A DNA stretch of 64,000 bases from Octopus vulgaris (lineage: Eukaryota). The translations under genes and the position numbers were made by a program. The DNA is taken from the NCBI GenBank assembly GCA_951406725.2, contig OX597823.1:82708001-82772000 (forward strand). Direction: 5' to 3'. The notes beneath the pieces were generated by a model. It had not been told where the DNA came from. It made no database searches and was given only the letters and a program-made list of their open reading frames with translations. Numbering within the stretch: position 1 is the stretch's first letter; the number at the start of each line of letters is the position of its first letter. Shown one piece after another: positions 53,945 through 64,000 of this stretch.

Positions 53945-54622
53945 AAAGCGTAGGCACGAAACGTTAAAGACATTTTCAATTCCCGAGCGTTGTACTAATA
54001 TATCTGTTTGTTTTCTACACCACCTGTCTTCATCTTTTGTTCTTTTCGTGAATTCTCCCCATATATCACATGCTCACGTGGTCCCACCAGTTGATCCTGC
54101 CTCTTCTCATCACCCACGAACTTCTCCACAGGACTTTCTACCTTTCTATCCTTTACGGATTCTCTTTTGAACTTTTTACACTCAGGCTGCACCTCTCCTA
54201 CCTATGGATTACTCTAAACTCTACTTTTGTTGAAAAATCGCTCCAATACACCACGACGTCTGAAACCATTGAACTTTTTGAACTTTACGTAAAACTATTA
54301 TTATCATTACTATTATTTTTATACTTTCTAAACTTTCCTGTACTTTCTGTTTTTCCTTTTGTCGTTTCTATCTCCCCTACTTCTTCGCTCTCCTGTGTGA
54401 CCCTCATTTCCGGCATTCGCCATGATAAATCGGTAGCCACTACACACTTTTTTTCTCTCTTTGCTTCTCTTCTTGTTTCTTTCTGTGTTACTTTCTGTGG
54501 AAGAGCGTAGGCTCAAAACGTAAAAGACGTTTTCAATTCCCGAGCGTTATACTAATACATCTGTTTGTTTTCTACACCTCCTGTCTTCGTCTTTCGTTTG
54601 TTGCTTTCGTGAATTCTCCCCC

Positions 54623-54625
<3 letters not shown>
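53945..54625 (+). mobile_element. Non-coding element with about 120-bp terminal direct repeats, each starting in a hammerhead remnant
   Basis: GCGTAGGC.C.AAACGT.AAAGAC.TTTTCAATTCCCGAGCGTT...GTGAATTCTCCCC at 53948-54060 and 54505-54622. Confidence 0.7.
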
Positions 54626-54692
<67 letters not shown>

Positions 54693-54706
54693 GTTTGTTT
54701 ATGTGC

Positions 54707-54761
<55 letters not shown>

Positions 54762-55303
54762 CACACGCACATAAACAAACTTCATACACATATGCACATG
54801 CACATGCACACATACATACATACATGTATACATACATATATACATACATACATACATACATACATAATTATGTATTAAATTATAGTCCAGTAAACATTTG
54901 CTGAGTGGAACAAAACATTAAGCTGTATTCATCTCATTCAACACCACTGTTTTACCTCGGTCTCTTGTTCTGTGTATTCATCGACCGGATCTGAAAATTA
55001 TTAGTTTTATTGGTTTCTGATTTTGGTACAGCACCAGCAATTTTGGGGGAAGCGGTAAGTCGATTACATCACCCCAGTGTTCGACCGCTGCTTCTTTTTT
55101 CGACTCCGAAATAATAAAAGGCTTGCTAATGATTGTCCGTCAAGCTAATGATTCTGTTAGGTCGCCGCCTTAAGTTATCATTTTTGTTGAATTTTAAATA
55201 TAATAATTCATGTCTACATACATAAATAATTTTAAGAGCAGAGAATTGTCCAAATTTGGCATGTCAATAAGGAAAAGGTGAGTCTGATGGTCCCGAGAAA
55301 ATA

Positions 55304-55863
55304 TTGGGTTGTCTGGAAAGTTCGTGCCGATTTATAGTATCTTACCTTTCGACTTATTTTAGAACATGGTTGAGTCCATAAAATAGGATTCGACTACACC
55401 TCCATTTAGAGTACAGTTTAAGCTATCTTTTCGTGGAAGAAGGCTTATGTTCCTATAATTTGTGTTAATTCTGTAACCCTTTAAAATAGAAGAAAGTTTA
55501 TTTTCGACATTTGATGCTTTGGGAACCAACAAATATTGCTGCAGCTCGGCTGGGGTGTATTGACCCACCCTCCATATTCACCAGATATTGTTCCTTCGGA
55601 TTTCCACATATTCAGATCTCTGCAGAATAGTCTTAATGGTAAAAATTTCAATTCCTTGGATGATGTAAAAAGATACCTTGATGAATTATTTGCCAAGAAA
55701 CCACCTCAATTCTGGAAAGAGGGTATTTTCAAGTTAAAGGAAAGATGGAGACGCATTGTGCAACAAAGTGGTTAATATTTGGTTGATTAAAAATGTAATG
55801 GCAAGTATTTAGTGACCTTATTCTATCTTTTAAGAATCGGCACGAACTTTCCTGACAACACAA
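55304..55863 (+). mobile_element. Mariner-derived MITE, same family as 34293
   Basis: TA-TTGGGTTGTCTGGAAAGTTCGTGCCGATT TIR; LGWGVLTHPPYSPDIVPSDFHIFRSL remnant. Confidence 0.9.
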
Positions 55864-56398
55864 TACATAGCTACGGTTACGTGTTTATGCCTCAAAACGG
55901 TCATCAGCTCAACAGTTGCTGATATATGCATTTGTACTCAAATCTCCTCACACTTACACACAAACACACTTATATTGATGCATTCAGAATGATAGCGGAA
56001 GACGAGAAGACAGGAATTTTAATAACAAACTAATAAGATTATTCTATTGTTCACTATTCTGATGACAGAAAATATTTAAAAGACAACGTTGAAGTTATTA
56101 CAAAAATGTTTTAAATAATTATAGGCGGAGGCACAGCAGGGCGGCTAAGAAGCTTGTATATTTCAGCGTTGGCCATACTTTCTATAGAAACTCTGTAGAG
56201 ATAATTTTAAAACATGATTGAATAGCACTGCTAACATATGTAGGTGGGGAAAGATAATTGGCTAAAGAAGCCTTTAATAAGCTTGCTAGTATATTATGAT
56301 ATCATTGCGAAATGTGGTGTCCCTACAGTAATTAATAACACATACACACACACACCTACCCAAATATATATACATATACATATGCGTATATAAATATA

Positions 56399-56450
<52 letters not shown>

Positions 56451-56617
56451 TATATGCGTGTGTGGGGTGTATATAAGAGAGACCAATAAAATAAGCCCTG
56501 GGGTCGATATTTCTTCGACTAAAAATCCTTTAACGTGGTACTCCAGTATAAAGAGTAAAAGAATAAAAACACTATATACATATATATATATATATATAAT
56601 CTGTGGTACATGCCCCT

Positions 56618-57388
56618 TCTTTTGGAGGGTACAGAGTTCCACTTTAAACAAGGTGAAATATTTAAAATTAAATCAAATTTCAGCTGTGCCTCGGAAAACC
56701 TAATCTATGCCATTACCTGCTTAGGGGGTGGTAATCAATATATTGGCAAAACAGGAACATCACTCCGTCGATGAACCACTCTTTAAAAAGAACAAATCCG
56801 CCACCCACGCTACAGACAGACACAGGTCAGTGAACACATAGAAAGATGTGCTACGAACCTTGATCATAACTTCCCAATTTTCCCCTTCTATCAATGTTCA
56901 CAGAACACCTCAGTACAGCAAGGAATGAACAATGAAGCAACTTTCATCAATAAATTCCATCAACAACTTAACATGAACACATAACATAATACAGAACACT
57001 ACTACTCCCATACATCCCATACACCGTTCGTCTTACAGTATTATATCTACTCTAACTGTACCACATCTAGAACTGCTTACCTCCTTACACATAATCTTTT
57101 AAATCAGGGACTAGTAGACCCAACACCGTTTGGTAATCGGTGTGAATCCAAAGCCAGTGAACAGTAATTGACGAAACCAGTATAACTTTGAATCCCTTTA
57201 ACAATTCATAATAATGCCTTTTATTCCTCTCAATTCTACCTCAATTCATCTAATTGTGTATATTTATCGTTACTTTTCATAAAAATGGCTTTATTTTTTT
57301 ATATCTAATGTGCATTTTCGCATTTTTCTCTTTACTTACCCCATATCTCTTCCACGTGTAGTTTCTATTATCTGTTTGAAACATATTT

Positions 57389-57392
<4 letters not shown>
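56618..57392 (+). mobile_element. 5-prime truncated PLE (GIY-YIG remnant plus 3-prime UTR)
   Basis: CGTCPF, ENLIYAITC...YIGKTG, KEQIRHPRYRQ, FPFYQC, FINKFHQQLN; eroded HHR at about 57150-57190; TA on both sides. Confidence 0.85.
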
Positions 57393-57444
<52 letters not shown>

Positions 57445-60356
57445 TGATATATGTATGTCATTATTCAGTTTTATTTGAAGATTTCTTGCCAATAGAGAAA
57501 GAACCGGTTTCTAAACTAGATCCAAGGCTCTTTCATTGCACGCTCCCACAGTCAAATGACTGAATCAAGTAAAAGAATAAAACATCAACAGAGTATTTCT
57601 TCTCATGCATATACTTGCATATCTAGACGTGCTCATATATGATTAAATGATAAACTTCTGGAAAGTTTTACAATTCCACTAATGACTTGAATCTATAATT
57701 TTCGAATAAGCTTTCTCCTTTCTGGTTTTGAGCCTAATTTCTCAAAATTGGTATTTAGGCAATTTGTTACTTGTAATATTACCTGAACTTGTGATATATA
57801 TGCATGTATGTACGTACGTACGTCTGTCTGTATGTACGTACGTCTGTATGTATGTATTATGTATATACACAAAGACTCATCTATAACACTATAGTTTTTG
57901 TTTCTTTTCTTGAGAATAAATATGAATATCATGTTTAAGCGATTTCTGCCCTTTAGCATTTTGAACTGCTACAAATTCGGTTCCATCAATAGCAAGTCCC
58001 ATATTATTTTTTAATTTAGGTGGAAAAGTAGCACACGTCTAAATAAATTTCATCAAAATATTTATATTCAAGAAATATTCAATAACATTCTAAAGTTCAT
58101 TCACTCTAGTTTCAAGTGTGTATCTGTTAACGTCTTTCCAGTGCTCAAGAGGTTTTTAAAACATTTTTGGTAACATGACCAGACATAAAGTAAACTGTGT
58201 CCAGTTCAGGCGAATTGAGAATAAGTTTAAATGCGTTCATATTTGAATTCAAATTCGACCTCGTTCTCAGCTCTCCTCTATATTAGTTTCAGTTGTCAGT
58301 AATATTATACGAATGTTATTTATGAAAAAAAAGCAAAACATTTCTTGAACTGTCTGCCTCAGTGATTTACGTAAATCGAATTTCTGTGTTTGTGTTTAGA
58401 GAAATATGTTTGTATCAGCAATATATCTATTTAGACAGTAAAGTATTTTTTTAATATCTGAATACTTACAGATGAATCTTAAAGAGTCATCACATTATGC
58501 ATTACTTAAACTGTCTAAAGAGTTGCAATGTAACCACAGAAACAATAGCAATCTTCACAAATTCTGTGAACGGCAGCTTAGCAACAGTAATGCAAGCGTC
58601 AGAGAGAGATCATTCCTTACAGGCAAATGACTGCTATACAACACTCAACAGGAACCTGATGCACAAATATAATTAAAATCCACATGGAAATATTGCCATC
58701 TGCGTTTATACAATAAAAATTCAACAAGAAGCATCAGTAGATTTAAAACTGTACACTTCTATCTCTATATAGATGTATTTAATTTAAGCTGTTAATTAAT
58801 ATAGAGAGCTCAAACAGTAAGGCAGATGCATGGTAAATGTTAATGAAGTATATTTCAAATAAAAGTCTCAGGTTTTAAACTGTTAATTAAATTTACTCAT
58901 TAGCTTAAACGTTCACGAGATACCAAATTCGAATCAATTTGCAAAATGAAGACAAATGAGTAAAATACTTTGGCTATTCCACTTATGCTTCTTTTAGTCT
59001 TAATTCGAAAATTTTCATTTTCATTTTTAAGAACCAAGTGAAACGCATTAAAAATTAGGCTTAAGTTAGTGTTTACATTTATGTTTTAGCTGTTGAGTTT
59101 GAGTGGAGGCGCGTGGCTTAGTGGTTAGGGTGTCAGCACCATGATCATAAGATTGAGGTTTCGATTCCTGAACCGGGCGACGCGTTGTGTTCTTGAGCAA
59201 AACACTTCATTTCACGGTACTCCAGTCCACTCAGCAGGCAAAAATGAGCAACGCTGTGATGGACTGGCGTCCCGTCCTGCTGGGGAACATAGAAACCGGG
59301 AAACCTTGGCTAGGCTTTAAAAGGGAGCGCTTATTATTTTTTTTATGTTGAGCTTGAAATAAGAGACAGAGTTGATGAGCCATGCGGGCCCTCCGAGTCC
59401 CTCTAAATTGTAAATTGGGCGTCTTCTTTTATTCCCTCGTGCTGAGCAAAGCCTTGCGAGTAGATTTGACCGAGAGAAACTGAAAGAAACCTGTCATATA
59501 TGTGTTTGCGTCTGTGTGTGTATGTCCCACCCCTATCGACGACCGGTGATTGTTTATTTACGTCCTCATTACTTAGCGATTCGGCTAAGTAAAAGAAACC
59601 GGTACCTTAAGAACCAGGTTTTACAATAATAAGTACTGGAGTCGATGCGTTCAGCTAAAATGCTTCATTGTTTAATTTATTGATATTCGAGGTTGTCTTT
59701 TATTCATTAGTGTTCTTGATTTTTCTTAATAATTCTCGTTGCTAATAGAGGCGCTCCACTACAAAAACAAATGCAACAACTGCAATTCTATTGTTAACGC
59801 TCCACGTCATTCTGCTCTTTCTCCTCCTCCTCCTCCTCCTTCTACTACTACTACTACTACTACTACTAAGGGGACTAGTCGGTTACATCGACCCCGAAAT
59901 GATGAAAAGCAAACTCGACCCAGGTGGAATTTGAACTCAGAACGTAGCGGCAGACGAAATACCGCTAACGATTCTGCCAGATAGCCGCCTTACAACAACA
60001 ACAACAAGAGCAATAACAACAATAACAATAATAATAATTATAATAATCATCGTCACCGTGACCGACCAGGCTATCAGATGTTGCTACAGATCGCTGGTCA
60101 CAATGCGCTTCGCATTGTTTTAGCCTTCAAATGACGCCATCCCGCTGGCTAAGTGAGCTGGCCAACAGAAGAAAGAATGAGAGTAAGTTGTGGGGAAAGA
60201 GTACAGCAGGGATCGCCACTACCCCCTGCCGGAGCCTCATGGAGCTTTTAGGTGTTTTCGCTCAATAAACACTCACAACGCCCGGTCTGGGAATCGAAAC
60301 CGCGATCCTACAACCGCGAGTCCGCTGCCCTAACCACTGGGCCATTGCGCCACCAC

Positions 60357-60390
<34 letters not shown>

Positions 60391-60627
60391 CAACAACAAC
60401 AATAATAATCATTTCTGCTATAAGTACAAGGCCTAGAATTTTGGGGGCACGTACAAGTTGATTACATCGACCCTAGTGCGTAACTGGTACTCATTTCATG
60501 GACCCCGAAAGGGTGAAAGGCAACGTCGATCTCGGCGGAATTTAAACTCACAACGTAAAGACGGACGAAATGCCGCTAAGCATCTTGCCCGGCGTTATAA
60601 CGATTCTGCCATCTCGTCATAATAATG

Positions 60628-60659
<32 letters not shown>

Positions 60660-60660
<1 letters not shown>

Positions 60661-61290
60661 CGACAACACTACCAAGAACGACAAATGCAGAATGTGTTGT
60701 GAGAGGAGTGAAAAGTTATGGCACATTGTTAGCGAAAGCCCGAAAATGGCACAACGCGAATACATAAGATGACAATGTGGCAAGAATGATCCATTGGGAG
60801 GTCTGTGGAAATCAAAGAAGAAAAAAAGGTTATAAGAAAAAAAGCCCAGACTGATTCAGTGCGACCAACTGACCAGACTTCGGAAACTGGACATTGTTGT
60901 GATGAATAAAAACGGAAGAACATGCATGATAATCGACATAGCCTGTCCCGGTGACAACAGGATCAAAGTGAAAGAAGAAAACCTGAACAACTATGACAAT
61001 TTGAAGTGGGAAATATGAAGGTTGTGGTCAAGGAAGAGAGTAGACGTGGTACCAATAGTAATTGGCGCACTTGGAAGTATCAGCGCGCAACTATCAACAA
61101 GGCTCAACAAGATTGATACAAATGTAAAGGTAGACCACCTACAAAAGATCAACATTGCTTGGAACTGCATGAATTCTTCGTACGATTCTTGAAGCATGAC
61201 CAGTAACCAAGTGTCATCTTAGCTTGCTGGATGTGGAAAGCTGTCACTCGCCATTATATCCAGGAAAATAAACTGTGAGTTTTCATATAA
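60660..61290 (+). mobile_element. R4/Dong-clade LINE 3-prime fragment (restriction-like endonuclease)
   Basis: DNVARMIHWEVC, DIVV, CMIIDIACPGD, VVPIVIGALG motifs; (TAA)n on both sides. Confidence 0.8.
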
Positions 61291-61494
61291 TAATGATAAT
61301 AATCATTTCTCCTAAAGGCAAAAAGCCTGAAATTTTAGAGGAGGGGACTAGTCGATGACACTGACCCCAGTGATCAATTGGTACTCATTTTATTGACCCC
61401 GAGAAAGAAAATGCAAAGTTGACCTCGGTGGAAATGTCACTAAGCTTTTTTTATCTGGCATTGTGATGATTCTACTAACTCGCCACACCTATAA

Positions 61495-62259
61495 TCATTT
61501 CGACTAAAGACACAAGGCCTAAGATTTGGAGCGAAAGGACTAGTCGATTACTTAAACACCGGTGTTTCAATGGTACTTAATTTATCGATCGTGAAAGTGC
61601 GTAAGGCAAAGTCTACCTCGGCGGAATTTGAACTAAGAACGTATGGACGGGCGAAATACCTCTTTCTTTACTACCCACAAGGGGCTAAACACAAGGAGGA
61701 CAAACAAGGACAGATAAACGGATTAAGTCGATTAGATCGACCCCAGTGCGTAGCTGGTACTTATTTAATCGACCCCGAAAGGATGAAAGTCAAAGTCGAT
61801 CTCGGCGGAATTTAAACTCAGAACGTAGCGGCAGACGAAATACCTATTTCTTTACTACCCACAAGGGGCTAAACACAGAGAGGACAAACAAGGACAGACA
61901 AACGGATTAAGTCTATTACATTGACCCCAGTGCGTAACTGATATATAATTTATCGACCCCGAAAGGATGAAAGGCAAAGTCGACCGCGGCGGAATTTAAA
62001 CTCAGAACGTAGCGGCAGACGAAATACCTATTTCTTTACTACCCACAAGGGGCTAAACACAGAGAGGACACTCAAGGACAGACAAACGGATTAAGTCGAT
62101 TATATCGACCCCAGTGCGTAACTGGTACTTAATATATCGACCCCGAAATGATGAAAGGCAAAGTCGACCTCGGCGGAATTTAAACTCAGAACGTAACGGC
62201 AGACGAAATACCGCTAAACATTTCGCCCGGTGTGCGAACGATTCTGCCAGCTCGCCGCC
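61495..62259 (-). mobile_element. SINE concatemer: head plus three 184-bp bodies joined to an older body
   Basis: GAAATACC at 61653, 61837, 62021 and 62205. Confidence 0.85.
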
Positions 62260-62271
62260 TTTCCGTCGCTC

Positions 62272-62313
<42 letters not shown>

Positions 62314-62344
62314 TGATGATGATGATGATGATGATAATAATAAT

Positions 62345-64000
62345 AATCCCTTCTATAATAGACGTAAGGCCTGATATTTTCTCGCAGGAGGCTATTCGAT
62401 TACATTGACCACAATATTCGACCCCCAAAGTCGACCTCGGCGGAATTCGAATTCAGGATGCGTAAACAGACGAAATCACGCTAAACACGTCGTCTCGCGT
62501 AATAAAATTTGTGCTAGCCAACCGAATTAATGATAATGTATTAATTCCTTTCTACTCTCGGCACAAAGCCCGAAACTTTTGGAGAGGAAGCCAGTCGATT
62601 AGATTGATCCCGGTACGCAACTGGTACTTAACTTATCGATCCCGAAAGAATGAAAAGCAAAGTCGACCTCGGCGGAATTTGAACTCAGAACGTAAAGACT
62701 GACGAAATGCTGCTAAGCATTTCGCCGGGAATGCTAACGTTTCTGCCATCTCGCCGCCTGAATGATAATCTTTTCTACACTAGGCACAAGGCCCAAAATA
62801 TTTCGGGAGGGGTCTAGTCGATTAAATCGACCCCGATATGCAACTGGTACTTAATTATCGACCTCAAAAAGAGGAAAGGTAAAGTCGACCTTGTCGGAAT
62901 TTGAACCCAGAACGTAAAGACAGACGAAATGCCGCGAAGCATTTCACCCGGCTTGCTAACTTTACTGCTTTTATTAATTGCTAAATCTATTGTTACTGTT
63001 CTTGTTGTTGCTCTAGCTGATGTTCTTAAGTCTGGAGATCATGCTCAGCTTCGTATCTAAGGATTTGCACTGAATATCGACTGTTTAAACTCGAGGGAAT
63101 TTAAATATTTCAGAAACTTTTATATAATAGTATAGAAGATACGTCCAACCGAATCTTGGTGAGTTTATTTTGAATGTAAGATTCTCCTCTAGAGGAATCT
63201 GCATTCTTAATTAATTTTGAATTTGTACTGGGTGATCTTTTGACAAAAAAAAAAAAATTAATCTTATTAATTTAATAATAATGTTCGAGACAGAAACACA
63301 AATTAGAGAATAAAGAAGATAGAACGGAAATGAGGAGGAAGCGAAAGCGTGCGATGAAAGAGACATCGTTGCTCGTTTGGAAAGCAGCAACTAACAAATG
63401 AAAGATTATACGAGAATAAAATACGAAGACAGTAATGAAAATAATTGTTTCAAAATTTAGCACAAGGCCATAATTTTAAGTAGAGGGATATAGTCGATGA
63501 AAATTATCCCAGTTCTTAATTGGTACTTTATTTTATCGACTCCGAAAAGATGGAAGGAAAATTCTAAGGAATTTAAATTGAGGACGTAAAGAACTAGAAA
63601 CATTCCACTGAGTATTTTGTCCGATGTGGTAACGATTCTGATAGCACGCCACCTTGATAATGGTTCCAAATTTTGCCACAAGGGCAGCCATTTTTGGGGT
63701 GGCACTTAATTTATCAACCCCGAAAGGCAAAGTCGGCCTCGGCAGAATTTGAACCCAGAACGTAAAACCAGACAAAATACTGCTAAGCATTTCGCCCGGC
63801 GTGCTAACGATTTTGAGAGCTCGCCGCTTTAACAATGATAGTGAAAACAGAAATGATAATCCATTCTGCTGTAGGCACAAGGCCTGAAATTTGGGGCGAG
63901 AGGGCTAACCGATTACATTAACCACAATGCTCGACTGGACTCATACTAGCGACCATGGAATGATGAAAGGCAAATCTGATATCGGCAGAATCTGAACTCA
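62345..64000 (-). mobile_element. Run of about six same-orientation Nin/Deu SINEs
   Basis: AAAGTCGACCTCGGCGGAATTTGAAC-like motif repeated near 62430, 62660, 62880, 63560, 63730 and 63970. Confidence 0.8.

Noticed and set aside
57900-58150. Minus-strand LAIDGTEF peptide resembling a DDE transposase motif
   Set aside because: Single short motif among stops, with no TIRs or further catalytic motifs seen.

Overview
AT-rich eukaryotic, repeat-saturated DNA with no recognisable host gene. The SINE families and the (TA)n/(CA)n/(TATC)n/(AAT)n load suggest an octopus/coleoid genome (inference). Most of the ORF track is microsatellite artefact. Identifiable content: a near full-length Penelope-like element (PLE; RT plus GIY-YIG, about 40650-45085) and smaller PLE fragments; degraded L1/Tx1, RTE, R4/Dong and CR1/L2-type LINE fragments; a full-length frameshifted mariner plus mariner MITEs; non-autonomous Helitrons including a seamless tandem; dozens of tRNA-derived SINEs, some as 183/184-bp concatemers; and a 100-N gap. 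The main hidden signal is a dense set of type I hammerhead-ribozyme (HHR) motifs on both strands: about 10 with complete core motifs, three of them U3:A8 variants, plus about 10 degenerate ones. They lie in short non-coding elements embedded in (TA)n tracts. One is a young 560-bp tandem-plus-inverted unit with one HHR per monomer, i.e. a retrozyme-like system that PLE machinery could mobilise. All folds were read by eye and none is experimentally tested.
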